Part shown: piece after piece, positions 44,545 to 60,681 of the stretch
Layout: each line of letters opens with the position of its first letter
Numbering within the stretch: position 1 is the first letter of the stretch
Position numbers and translations under genes: made by a program
Source of the DNA: Eledone cirrhosa
Taxonomy: Eukaryota
Length of the DNA stretch: 64,000 bases
Direction of reading: 5' to 3'
Assembly: GCA_964016885.1 (NCBI GenBank)
Contig: OZ024758.1
Coordinates: forward strand, 28,148,001-28,212,000
The notes under the pieces: generated by a model
Told to the model about the DNA's origin: nothing
Databases searched by the model: none
The model's input: the letters and a program-made list of their open reading frames with translations, nothing else

Positions 44545-45783
44545 AAAGTTGACTATCTGTGGGAACCTCTTGAATGTCACTAGACCGTCACGCTAGCTCA
44601 CCACTAAAACCAGTCAGGTTCAAAACTTTATGGCTGCCACACTTAACCTTGGCACAATGAAGGATAGATCAGTAGAAATGGTGGAGAGAAGGTGAGTGGA
44701 TGTGTGTTGTATTCAAAAGACATGATAGAGAAGTCCCTTATGCAGATTCCTCATGGCAAGGATAAAGGAATAAATTCTTCTGGGCAGGTATGTAAAAATG
44801 ATGAAGTGGGTGTGTAAGGTTAACAGAGAAATCAATAGATAAATTAATTGAAATAGTCAGAGTATGTAATAGAATAATTAAGCTGAGACAAGTCATAAGC
44901 AAAATAACAAAGACAGTTATCTGCATATGCATCACAAACAGGTCTGGCAGATGAACAGAAAAAAATGCTTTTATGAACCCCGCCACCACTATTACCACTA
45001 CCACCTCCACCATTACCACTGCAGACTATCTCATCAACAAATGACAGTAAGAAGAAGAAAAGTTGAAGTAGAGAGGAAGTAGAGAGGAGCAACATGATGA
45101 AGCTAGAAGAAATGCTATGCATCAGGTATACTTAGCTAGAGGAAAAGCAGAAAGTTAGAAGTTCACATATGTGCTGCAAAATGAAGTAGAAAGAGCTCTA
45201 GATTGTCATTGGGGAGAAGTGTGTTTGGAATGATGGTGATGTAGTTGCCTTTACTGGTGTTGAATAGAAATAGGTATGGAAATGCTATTATGGAAAGCTG
45301 TTGAACGATAAGTAAACACGGAAAAAAGAGGGTTTAACCAAACTTTTTCAAACACTGAACCCTTTTTGGTTCAGAAACGCTTGGGAGAACCCTAAAGTCT
45401 AATACTGTTATATAGTTGTAATATAAATATACTCCTCTACCTTTTTACATGGAACCCCAGACACTCCTTTGTGGAACTCTTGGGTTCTGTAGAACCCACT
45501 TTGAGAACAACTGCAGCAGAGGGACCAGCTATCAAAGTTGACAGCAATGGAGTTGATAAACATATTAAGGATATGAAAGCAGGAAAGGCAGCTGAAAACA
45601 TCTGAAAACACTGTAAATGTGGTTGGTGTTAGGAAGGGCATCCAGCCATAGAAAACCTGCCAGATAGTCCTATATGAGCGAGACACGGTCACCCGACCAG
45701 CCTTGCCTCAAGTGGGACAACTCCCATCTAACCCATGCTAGCGTGGAAAATAGACGTTAAACGAAGATGATGATGATGATGAT
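44545..45783 (+). mobile_element. decayed RTE 5' region (APE domain, linker) joined to an RTE-type tail
   Basis: ATLNLGTMK, VDVCCIQ, KFFWAG, IGEKCV.ND, EGPAIK..IKDMKAGKA; tail 45608-45783 ends in (GAT)n. Confidence 0.65.
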
Positions 45784-45801
45784 ATATTATATATATATAT
45801 A

Positions 45802-46949
45802 CTAGCAGAATGGCCTGGCGTTGCTCGGGCTTCTAAACATAGATTGGCATGTTTATCCCTCCTTTCTGAAACAGTACAGTGTACGGAATACCTCGGCCTG
45901 GGGATGGTGTCTACATTTTGTGCTTAGGCAAATAATTTTCCATTAAGATTTTTCAAAAGCATGTAATTGCGTTCCCTTTCTTTTTTGTTGTTGTTTTTAC
46001 TGCTGTTGGTGTGATAGTAGCTGTTGGTCGTACTACTAACAGTCTCGTCCTCCTTCAGCCAATCGTGTATATCCCCTTCTGCCTCATCTACCTAAACAAT
46101 GATTGTAGCACCTCCTTGTACACAATGTTCCTTGTTCTTCCATGTCAGGCATATGCAAATAGATTTGTCTTGCTTCCCACTCTTGAGCAGCCAACGCATA
46201 GTTGCCCGTGTGAAAAACATGACTCTTCCAAAAGAAGACCAGCAACAGCTAGGGTCTGACCCTGGGATTTGTTGATTGACATTGCAAAGCTGACATGGTT
46301 TGGAAAATGGTTCGTTGGTTGTCTGTTTCAAGTGCTCTTCTGGTGGCAGTTCGTTCAGCATCTTGCGACCGTCGAATAGCAGTTTCCACTGACGACTCTG
46401 CCCACCTTGTTTGTTCTTTTTCTTCCTTCGAGGCATGACCTAAAAGCAGGACGAAGTACACTAAGACTAACTGGTAGAGTAAGGAGTAAACTCGTCAGTG
46501 ATGCATGTAATTTCCAAACCGTTGACTATGTAATTGCTGGCCTTGTGCCAAAAGTAGTGGGACTTTTTGGGTGGCATATCGGCAGTAACAATGACGATAA
46601 GCTGTCTGTGCTTTCATGAAATAAATACGTTTGTTTATATTTTGTTTTTGTGTATGCAAAAATATCTGTACACGAATATATAATTATGTAAATATAATTA
46701 TATATATATAATTATATATCATATATTGAGTTAGAAACTCAAAATAGTCTTTTACAATTAAATAGCTCAAGGAAGGGAATATTTCTGAGCTGTGTAATTC
46801 AATTGAATATATATTACTTTAAATTGAGACAGGCAAACCATATTGTTTTAAATTAGTATTTTTTCAACCTAGCTAACTTGGTCATTTGCGATTCGAACAC
46901 ATGTATACTTGTATAGGTGTTCATCCCTCTCATATATTCAATTGTATTA

Positions 46950-46999
<50 letters not shown>

Positions 47000-47420
47000 T
47001 AACACATTAAAGTTTAAGCAAAGAATCGCTGCTTTCACCCTTAACGGGATCTTCTGAAACTAAAAAAAAAATCTATATGTGAACGCAGAAGTAAATATTT
47101 CAAAAAACGTTGCAACCGAAGGGAAATAGGAAGACGATACTTTGGTTCGTGAAGATGTTCCCTGGCAATGAACAGAAAATAGCGAAGATAATACGTCATC
47201 AATGAGAACAATGTAATGCAGACAGCCAGACATACAGACATATTATAAGAGCGCAACGTTATAGCTATGTATCTATCTAAAAAGACAGACTAAGAAAGGA
47301 GAGAGATCGCTAACCGGCGCCTAACCCCCCTTTTAACAACAGAAAATTGAAAAATAAAAGCTGCAGTTAATATCTTTAGACCCCAAAGAATATATAAATG
47401 CAAGTTTGAAGTCATGTGAG
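45802..47420 (-). mobile_element. non-autonomous Helitron with a RepHel helicase fragment
   Basis: CTAG at 45802 with hairpin GCCTGGCGTTGCTCGGGC; 47210-47310 is homologous to the Helitron at 13970-14080; the right boundary is uncertain. Confidence 0.7.
46092..46291 (-). pseudogene. Helitron PIF1-family helicase motifs V-VI and C-terminus
   Basis: SFAMSINKSQGQTLAVAGLLLEESCFSHGQLCVGCSRVGSKTNLFAYA*HGRTRNIVYKEVL. Confidence 0.9.
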
Positions 47421-47502
47421 TGTGTGTGTGTGTGTATATATTTATACATAATCCACAGCTATGTTACAATTTTTGAGATAACTGGATTATTATAAACATG
47501 GA

Positions 47503-49748
<2,246 letters not shown>

Positions 49749-49749
49749 T

Positions 49750-51933
49750 AAACCAAGTCATACAGAATGGGGTTGTTCCGACGCTGATAAGAAGGTAGCT
49801 TGGAAGTGTCACTATGAAAGGCTACTAAATGAGGAGAATAAATGGGAGAAAGACAGTTTCCCCCACATCGACCCAATAGAGGGACCAGCAGTGTTAGTCG
49901 AGGGTAGTACAATAAGTAAGGCAATCAAAGATATGAAGACGGGTAAGGCGGCTGGGCCTTCGGAAATAGTTGCCGAGATGCTGAAGGCATCTGGTACGGT
50001 GGGACACACCATGGTCATCCGGATAGTTAACCAAGTCGTACAGAATGGGGTTGTTCCGAAGGACTGGCGTAGCAGCATCATCGTTAACTGTTATAAGGGT
50101 AAAGGAGATGCCCTGGATAGGAGTAACTATAGAGGCATTAAATTAATCGACCAGGTCATGAAGGTCACGGAAAAAGTAATAGCGCAACTAATCAGAGAGC
50201 GAATTGATCTAGATGAAATGCAGTTCGGGTTTGTGTCAGGTAAAAGTACCACAGACGCTCTTTTCATTGTACGACAACTACAGAAGTACCTAGCTAAAAG
50301 TAAACCCCTATACTTAGCTTTTGTCGACTTGGAGAAAGCCTTCGACAGAGTCCCCCGTTACATTATCTGGTGGGCTCTTAGAAAACTAGGTGTTGATGAA
50401 TGGCTTGTGAGAGCTATACAAGCCATGTATAAAGAAACAGTCAGCAAGGTTAGAATTAACAACGAATATAGTGAAGAGTTTAGCGTAAAAGTTGGTGTTC
50501 ATCAGGGCTCCGTTCTTAGCCCCCTACTATTTATTATTGCCCTTCAGGCTATAACAGTGGAGTTCAAGACCGGCTGCCCATGGGAACTCCTATACGCAGA
50601 TGATCTAACGCTCATAGCTGAATCAATGGCCGAGCTAGAGAAGAAATTCCAAACATGGAAGCACGGCCTAGAATCAAAAGGCCTTAAAATTAACCTGACT
50701 AAGACTAAAGTTCTAGTTTGTAGGAAAGAAAATAAGGCGCCGGTCCCTTCCAGGAAATTACCATGCTCAGTGTGTAGGAAAGGCGTAGGTAGAAACTCCA
50801 TTTTATGTCCCAAATGCAAAGTATGGGTGCATAAAAGATGTAGTGGGATCATAGGTAAGCTAACTAAGAACATAGATTTTACATGTGGCCGGTGCTCTGG
50901 TGCAATAAGTAGCAGCAAGTGCCCACAAAATACTAGCTCTTTCAATTGTGCAGAGGGTTCTATAGAAATAGTGGACAGCTTCCGTTACCTGGGTGACAAA
51001 ATCAGCAGTGGGGGAGGATGCTCTGAAAGTACAGTAGCTAGAGTCAGAACTGGATGGAAAAAGTTCAGAGAGCTTATACCACTATTAGCCGCTAAAGGGT
51101 TCTCCCTAAAAATGAAAGGCAGGTTATACGATGCCTGCATACGAACAGCAATGTTGCATGGCAGTGAGACTTGGGCATTGTGTGCAGAGGATATACGCAG
51201 ACTAGAGAGGAACGAAGCTTGCATGCTCCGCTGGATGTGTAACAGTAATATACGCGAACGGCAAAGCATAAACGAACTAAGGGAAAAATTAGAAATAAGA
51301 GGGATCAGATGTTTACTCGAGAGAAGGCTACGTTGGTATGGTCACGTGATGCGCATGAAAAATGACAGCTGTATAACAAAGTGCAGGGCAATAAAAATAG
51401 ACGGTAGCCACGGAGTAGGCAGACCCAGAAAAACCTGAGACGACTTGATAAATTCCGACCTCACACGCTTACACCTCTCCAAGACAATGTCACTGGACCG
51501 AGACCTTTGGCGGTACTCAGTAACAGAGAAGACCCGCCTTACCTAAGTACAAAGTGAAACCTACTACAGTCAGTAGGCACCTCTAACAAAAATACACCCC
51601 TGTCCCACTACCCCCACCCCATCCACACCACCCCTTTCAATGTAAAGTTATGTTGGTGCCGCGCCATCCAGGCCGAAACAAATGAGGTCGTGTAGGTGTC
51701 ACAACAAAAAAAGCACACAGTCCACGCTGTAATGTGGCCGTGTAGGCAACACGGTAAAAACCTCCCAGACCCACACTGTAAATGTGGTTGGTGTTAGGAA
51801 GGGCATCCAGCCGCAGAAAACCTGCCAGACAGTCCTATGCGAGCAAGACAACCACTCTTGCCTCAAGTGGGAAAACTCCCGTCCAAACCCATGCAAGTGT
51901 GGAACATGGACGTTAAACGATGATGATGATGAT
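49750..51933 (+). mobile_element. RTE family B, 5'-truncated
   Basis: ORF 49891-51438 (RT and PHD) with a premature TGA at the RPRKTW tryptophan; 3' UTR and (GAT)n tail as in the 9155 copy. Confidence 0.96.
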
Positions 51934-52508
51934 ATATATATTATAGAGTAAACTGGCAGGCGGCTGGACAGGTTGAATTCCCTCAATTATTTATTTCTGC
52001 AAACACTATGCACATTTCAGTGGTTACGTATGAACTTGTTGACATCATCAGGTGTATATTGCATAATAGTTGTATACCAAAGGAATGATGGTAAACACAT
52101 TCCAAGAGGCTTAAGGGAGAAGAAAAAAAGTAGAGAAGAAAAAAAATGTGTTTTTTTTTTGTTTTTGACTAAAAGGGGGCGATTGTGGTAGCCTGTTGTT
52201 CTCAGTTTGGTTTGTCACCTTTCCTACTATTACATCATGGTTAACATTGCAGGATGACCAATTCTACCCAATTGGTGAATCACCAAATTTAAATGTGTGT
52301 ATATATATATATATATAAAAATATATATATATAGATATAGATAGGTAAATATACACGGGTGTGTATGATTGTGTATAGAAGATTATATTAATAAGAGGAA
52401 TTCCAACTTTGTCTGATTTACTCGTTTTATTTACAATCCTTTAAAATATATATAATATGGTATTATAATGAAATAGTATGGTAGAATATTAAATTCTAAG
52501 TGTTAATT

Positions 52509-52545
52509 GAACAAGTACTTTCATGCTTTCGCAATCTTCAGGTTC
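52509..52545 (-). ncRNA. minimal type I hammerhead ribozyme motif (Penelope-like)
   Basis: Minus strand GAAC-CUGAAGA-uUGC GAAA GCAu-GAAA-GUAC-UU-GUUC: stem I GAAC/GUUC, core boxes, palindromic helix III. Confidence 0.65.
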
Positions 52546-52714
52546 ATGATATGTGGTGACAGTCGAGTTTGCAATTTTCAACTGTAAATATATATATATA
52601 TATATATATATTGCAAGAGATGTCAACATGAATGGACCTGTTATTTTTATCTAAAGACATTTTTTCCAATCCCATCCCTCCAGTCCCCTCAATCTATTTT
52701 ATTTCTCATTCTTT

Positions 52715-52749
52715 CTTCTGATAAAGGACTAGCGTCCGAAACGTTAAGG
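52715..52749 (+). ncRNA. minimal type I hammerhead motif with a mutated core (Penelope-like)
   Basis: CUU-CUGAUAA-A-GGAC UAGC GUCC-GAAAC GUUA-AGG; G8 of CUGANGA is replaced by A. Confidence 0.55.
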
Positions 52750-52841
52750 CCCTCTTCCTGCTATATCAAGTGTTAACCTAACATATACTTTCCATATACT
52801 GTACCGATTGTGTTGTTATTTCTGTTTACCTTTTACATATT

Positions 52842-52908
<67 letters not shown>

Positions 52909-53294
52909 AAAAAAGTGTGGTAAGGAACCAGGTGGACCATAACGCACCAGAGTACTTGATACTTAGAGTAGTAGAGGTGGGTAATAGGAAAAGAGTAACA
53001 AGCTCATCCTTTTTGTTAAAGAGTTGGTCTTTTGCAAACAGCATCTGCATAAATTACACAGACAGTCTCCTCCCGAGTAAGGTTTTGCCTTAGAAAGTAT
53101 GCTCCAACTTAGTATCATTATAAAGAAAATACTCGCAAATTAATGTATTGAGGTGCTGTTCCAGTGCTTTAAACAACATAACCAAATTTTATTTATCAGG
53201 AATTTAATTAGTATTAATATCTATATGCTTTGCTTTAGCTAAGTGTTAGACCTGGCATAATTACTTTCATTCTACCAACCTTCCTTGAGTCTCG

Positions 53295-53815
53295 TCATCA
53301 TCATCATCACCGTTTTACGTCCGTTCTTCCACGCTAGCATGGGTTAGACGGGTTGTCCTGTTGTGGGCAGTGTCTGGTCGGCTGACCATGCCTTGCTCAT
53401 ACAGGAACTGATTTGGCTTGATTTCTACAGCTGGATGCCCTTCCTAACACCAACCTCATTTACAGTGAGTGCTGGGTGCTTTTTCGTGGCGCCTACACGT
53501 TCACTTTACAGTGTGGGCTAGGTGCTTTTTTGCCGTGGCACCTCCACGACCACCTTGCGGTGGGGTGTGTGGGGGCATATTGTCTATATGCTTCAACTTG
53601 TACCCATGGGAGGTCGGGTACTCTGTATTACTGCGTGACGCCAGAGGTCACGGTCGTGTGTCATTGCCTTTGAGAGGTGTAATTGGGTAAGGTTGGCTTT
53701 TATCACCTCATCCCAGGTCATCTTGGGTCTCCCCACTCCGCGGTTTCCATCGACTTCTAGTGCTCTGCACCTTTTTATGCAGCTGTCATCCTTCATACGC
53801 ATCACATGTCCATAT
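53295..53815 (-). mobile_element. RTE family C 3' end
   Basis: Reverse complement of about 33080-33600; ORF 53593-53805. Confidence 0.93.
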
Positions 53816-55094
53816 GCTGGATTTTTTCCTTACCTCCATTCGAGATAGTTGCAAAGATTTTCTCTCTTAATGCCTGACCGGCTTGGCACCTACAGTTCAG
53901 AATGTCATCTTACTCGCTCCCCTTTTTTCTATAGGCCAGCTCACATTTTTGTGATACCAACATAACTTTACAATGTAAGGCTGATGTAGACAGAAGTGGT
54001 GTAGGTGTGTGGGTGTATATGGAAGGGGGTTATAGTGGTTAAGAGGTGCCTATTAGATTTATGTTTGAGTTAATGCATAACACACACACACACATATATA
54101 TATGTATATATTTAGTTCATAGTAACCAGTTACTTGAACAATCTATTTCTTTATATTAGAAAACTTGAATTTACTAACAAAGGTTTGGCTCTGACTCCAT
54201 GACAGTAAACATTTTGTAAGGAAAAAATGTTGCATGACAACTTTTATTCACTAGATATGCCAAACATTATCGATAAATACTTTCTTCTCTAAAACTAATT
54301 TTTGTTCCAAGTCTTTATGCTAATGAATGTTAGGATTAGCAACTTTTCTCAAACAGGTTTTATACTTAAAATCAACTTTTATACAGAATTTTAGGACTCT
54401 ATTAAACATATTAAATGACCTGATGGTTGTATTGAATTGTGCAATGGCATAGGTCTACCATCCAAGAACATATACAATCCAGCAAGCTTTCTTGTAGGTA
54501 CCATGTGCCCAACTTCTCTGACAGGGCTTGGGTCCAACAGAGGCTCATATAGATACAAGACACTTGTCAAAGGAGCTGTGATATTGTATTAAACCTGGGA
54601 TTATACAATTGTAATTCAAACTAGCCAATCAAGTTAAACCTGTTCAGTTGATATTACACCAGTAATTAGAATGAAAGAAATACACTGATCAACAGAAAAA
54701 TATAAAAAGTAAAAACGAAAATAATTTCTGCTGCTTTGAAAATTAGATCTATTCTTGGTTAAATTAATTAATGATATGCTATTTTGATATGAAAATTATA
54801 ATGCTATCAAAAATTACTACAAATTAGTTTATTTCAGCAAATAAAGTCTTGTAATGTACTGCAGTAGAATTTATAGTAATTGAAACTCAAAAATAACTAC
54901 AAAGCATATAAAATGATCACTTATTTCACACATAAGAACCTTCTTGAATAGGACTTTCAAGAGTGGGATTAGGGTTAGGGTGAGATTTACCAGAACAGTC
55001 CTGCTGAAAGATTCCAGTGGTAATCTACTATCATATTTATATCTCACTTTCCACAATACCTCTTTTCCTCAATGAAATATTTCTTTATTCATTG

Positions 55095-55500
55095 CTAATC
55101 AACAAGATTTTTTCCCTTTTTTTCCCCTGTTAAGTGATCTAAGTGATTATAAAGTTGATGGACCGTGAAGCTCATGTAACAGCCAAGCTTATTAAAATGA
55201 GAGAGCATCTCTTCTATTAATTCACAATGGTTGTCTGCCTGTTGCCAACAATGTTTTTGGCAACTAGAATAAATAAAAAAACATACACAGGAGTCAGTAT
55301 TGTCTGTTGAATGTATGAAATGGGGATCTTTTATAATTTCTCTTGTGGGAATCCCTAACATTCCCAACTTTGAATTGTTCCATGCTTAGTTGATAGAATT
55401 TACTGCATAAGTAGTCAAAGAAGACAGCATCATTGTTTAATGGTGTTACTCTAAGCTTTTGGACAAGAATGAACTGATTTAGTCCTATGTAGTTGGTTTA
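55095..55500 (-). pseudogene. decayed DNA-transposase fragment (possibly CMC/Chapaev-3-like)
   Basis: FDYLCSKFYQLS..KVG, REIIKDPHF and LIEEMLSHFNKLGCYMSFTVHQLYNHLD resemble the GCNMSLK.HFLHSHLD motif family; the family name is uncertain. Confidence 0.55.
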
Positions 55501-55544
55501 ATAGCTTGTAATATATTATTAGCAGTAATATTGCTGCTGCTGCT

Positions 55545-55910
55545 GAGGGTGGTGAATTGGCAGTATTGTTAGAGTATCGGACTACATGGGTTGCAGCATA
55601 AGGTTATAAGATCGATAAAATAAAGTACCAGTAATGCACTAACATTGATTTATTCAGCTTTCCCCTCACCTAAAATTGTTGGCCTTGTGCTTAAATCAGA
55701 CACCACAAATATTGCTGTTACTTTTGAAAATAGCAAAGAGGTAATTAATTAGAAAACTTGTAATTAATTAGAAAACTGGCAGTCGTAAGAACACCGGCAA
55801 TACATTCTGACTTTCTGTGCACTGAGTTCAAAACCCATGAAGGTCAACTTTACTTTTCATCATTTCATGGTTAATAAGTGAAGTACCAGTTCAGTACTGG
55901 GGTGGATTCT
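55545..55910 (+). mobile_element. two decayed SINE family 1 copies
   Basis: A box GAATTGGCAGTATTGTTAG, TCGATAAAATAAAGTACCAG, TGGCCTTGTGC; second copy with GAGTTCAAA. Confidence 0.65.
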
Positions 55911-55983
55911 TCTTCTATATCTCTTTCTGGCTTCCTCTCTATCAGTCTCTTTCTATCTATCTATATATATATATACACACACG

Positions 55984-56060
<77 letters not shown>

Positions 56061-56076
56061 TCATAAATATACATAA

Positions 56077-56107
<31 letters not shown>

Positions 56108-56246
56108 AATATATATATACATAAATATATATATACATAAATATATATATTCATAAATATACATAAATATATATATATATATATACATAAATATACATAA
56201 ATATATATAAATATATATATTCATAAATATACATAAATATATATAA

Positions 56247-56278
<32 letters not shown>

Positions 56279-56370
56279 CCATAAATATATATATATATAT
56301 ACATAAATATATATATATATCCATAAATATATATATATATATATATATACATAAATATATATATATATCC

Positions 56371-56417
<47 letters not shown>

Positions 56418-56480
56418 CATAAATATATATATACATATATATATAAATATATATACATATATATATAAATATATATACAT

Positions 56481-56787
56481 ATCATCATCATTTCATTTTA
56501 CATCCGCTTTTTCCCTGCTTGCAAGGGTGGGACGGGAACTGATGCTGGCTTGATTTCTACAGCTGGATGCCCTTCCTAACACCAACCTCATTTACAGTGT
56601 GGGCTGGGTGATTTTTTGCCGTGGCCCCTCCACGACCACTTTGCAGAGGAATGATAGGGACCTATCATCTCATTGTGAAATAAGGTGTCTTGCTCAAGGA
56701 AACAACACATCACCCGGTCTGAGAATTGAACTCACAACCTTTCGATTGCAAGGCCAATGCTCTAACCACTAAGCCATGTGCCTCCAT
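56481..56787 (-). mobile_element. SINE family 2 with an RTE-A-type tail
   Basis: Homologous to 16863-17208. Confidence 0.87.
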
Positions 56788-57955
56788 CAAATATAAATAA
56801 ATATATACATATATAATTATATATATAAATATATACATATATATATATAAATACATATATAAATATATAATTATATATATAAATATATACATATATATAT
56901 ATAAATACATATATAAATATATAATTATATATATAAATACATATATAAATATATACATATATATATATAAATACATATATAAATATATATAAATACATAT
57001 ATAAATATATACATATATATATAAATATATACATATATATATATAAATACATATATAAATATATACATATATATATATAAATATATACATATATATAAAT
57101 ATATACATATATATATATAAATACATATATATAAATATATACATATATATATATAAATACATATATATAAATACATATATATAAATACATATAAATATAT
57201 ACATATAAATATATACATATAAATATATACATATATATAAATACATATAAATATATACATATAAATATATATATACATATATAAATATATACATATATAA
57301 ATATATACATATAAATATATATATATATAAATATATACATATAAATATATATATATAAATATATACATATATATATAAATATATACATATATATATAAAT
57401 ATATACATATATATATAAATATATACATATATATATAAATATATACATATATATATATAAATATATACATAAATATATACATATATATATAAATATATAC
57501 ATATATATATAAATAATATATAAATATATACATATATATATACATATATATATAAATATATACATATATATATAAATATATATATAAATATATACATATA
57601 TATATAAATATATATATAAATATATATATAAATATATAAATATATATATAAATATATAAATATAAATATATATAATATATATATAAATATATATATAAAT
57701 ATATATAATATATATATAAATATATATATAAATATATATAAATATATATATAAATATATATATAAATATATATATAAATATATATATAAATATATATATA
57801 AATATATACATATATATATACATATATATATATATATAAATATATATATAAATATATACATATATATATACACATATATATATATATATATAAATATATA
57901 TATAAATATATATATAAATATATATATAAATATATATATAAATATATATAAATAG

Positions 57956-57986
<31 letters not shown>

Positions 57987-58015
57987 AATAGATATATATA
58001 AATAGATATATATAA

Positions 58016-58058
<43 letters not shown>

Positions 58059-58181
58059 TATATAAATATATACATATATTTATATATATATAGATAAATA
58101 GATATATATAAATATATACATATATATAAATATATATATATAAATATATATATAAATATATATATATAAATATATATATAA

Positions 58182-58302
<121 letters not shown>

Positions 58303-58324
58303 CATATAAATATATACATATAAA

Positions 58325-58822
58325 TCATCATCATCATCATCGTTTAACGTCCGTGTTCCATGCTTGCATGGGTTTGGACGGGAGTTTTCCCACCTGAGGC
58401 AAGAGTGGTTGTCTTGCTCGCATATGACTGTCTGGCGGGTTTTCTACAGTTGGATGCCCTTCCTAACACCAACCACATTTACAGTGTGGGGCTGGGAGGT
58501 TTTTACCGTGTTGCCTACACGGCCACATTACAGCGTAGACTGTCTGGCAGGTTTTCTACAGCTGGATGCCCTTCCTAACACCAACCACATTTACAGTGTG
58601 GGACTGGGACGTTTTTACCGTGTTGCCTACATGGTCACATTACAGCGTGGACTGTGTGTTTTTTTGTCGTGACACCTACACGATCTCATTTGTTTCGGCC
58701 TGGATTTTGTGGCACCAACATAACTTTACATTGAAAGGGGCGGTGTGGATGGGGTGGGGGTGGTGGGACGGGGTGTATTTTGTTAGAGATGACTACTGAC
58801 TGTAGTAGGTTTTACTTTGTAT
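58325..58822 (-). mobile_element. RTE-B 3' UTR with an internal duplication of about 117 bp
   Basis: Reverse complement of about 11683-12078 with the AGGAAGGGCATCC module present twice. Confidence 0.9.
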
Positions 58823-59042
58823 ATGTATACATATAAATATATACATATATATAAATATATACATATATATAAATATATACATATATATAAATATATACAT
58901 ATATATAAATATATACATATATATAAATATATACATATATATAAATATATACATATATATAAATATATACATATATATAAATATATACATATATATAAAT
59001 ATATACATATATATAAATATATACATATATATAAATATATAC

Positions 59043-59375
59043 ATCATCATCATCATCATCACCGTTTTACGTCCGTTCTTCCACGCTAGCATGGGTTAGA
59101 CGGGTTGTCCTGTTGTGGGCAGTGTCTGGTCGGCTGACCATGCCTTGCTCATACAGGAACTGATCTGGCTTGATTTCTACAGCTGGATGCCCTTCCTAAC
59201 ACCAACCTCATTTACAGTGAGTGCTGGGTGCTTTTTCGTGGCGCCTACACGTCCACTTTACAGTGTGGGCTGGGTGCTTTTTTGCCGTGGCACCTCCACG
59301 GCCACCTTGCAGTGGAGGGGGGGGGGGCATATTGTTTATATGCTTCAGCATGTACCCATGGGAGGTCGGGTACCC
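59043..59375 (-). mobile_element. RTE-C 3' UTR
   Basis: Reverse complement of about 33272-33600. Confidence 0.9.
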
Positions 59376-59689
59376 TGTATAAATATATATGTACCATATA
59401 TAAATATATATATATATATACATATATAAATATATACATATATAAATATATACATATATAAATATATACATATATAAATATATACATATATAAATATATA
59501 CATATATATATATATAAATATATACATATATAAATATATACATATATATATACATATATATATATATATACACGTACATATACATATATATATAAATATA
59601 TATATAAATATATACATATATAAATATATATATAAATATATATATATATACATATATACATATATAAATATATATGTAAATATATATAT

Positions 59690-59945
59690 TTATTAAAATA
59701 ACAGATTAAAGTTTAAGCAAAGAATCGCTGCTTTCACCCTTAATGGGATCTTCTGAAACTAACAAAGTCAATCTGTAAACGCAGATGCGGATATTTCAAA
59801 AAACGTTGCAACCGGAGGAAGACAGGAAGACGATACTTTGGTTCGTGGAAACGTTCCCTGGCAAAGAACGGGAAAAAACGAATATAATACGTCGTTAATA
59901 GGAGCGGTGAAAAACAATTACGCGCAAAGACAGAACCACATTTAT
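59690..59945. repeat. dispersed repeat segment shared with the Helitron region 46995-47210
   Basis: TTAAAGTTTAAGCAAAGAATCGCTGCTTTCACCCTTAA and the following sequence occur at both loci. Confidence 0.75.
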
Positions 59946-60119
59946 GGTATAAATATACATACATATACATATATATACATATACATATATATACATATAC
60001 ATACAAATACATATACATATATACATACATATATACATATACATATATACATACATATATACATACATATACATATATATACATATACATACAAATACAT
60101 ATACATATACATATATACA

Positions 60120-60150
<31 letters not shown>

Positions 60151-60681
60151 ACATACATATATATATACATACATATATATATACATATATATATACATAC
60201 ATATATATATACATATATATATACATACATGATATACATATACATACATATTACATATATACAATACATACATAACATACATACATACATATATATATAC
60301 ATACATATATACATACATACATACATACATATATACATATATATATATACATACATACATATATACATATATATATATACATACATACATACATATATAC
60401 ATATATATATATACATACATACATACATATATACATATATATAATATACAATACATACATATATACATACATATATACATACTATTATACATACATATAT
60501 ACATACATATATACATACATATATACATACATATATACATACATATATACATACATATATACATACATATATACCATACATATATACATACATATATACA
60601 TACATATATACATACATACATACATACATATATACATACATACATATATACATACATACATACATATATACATACATATAC

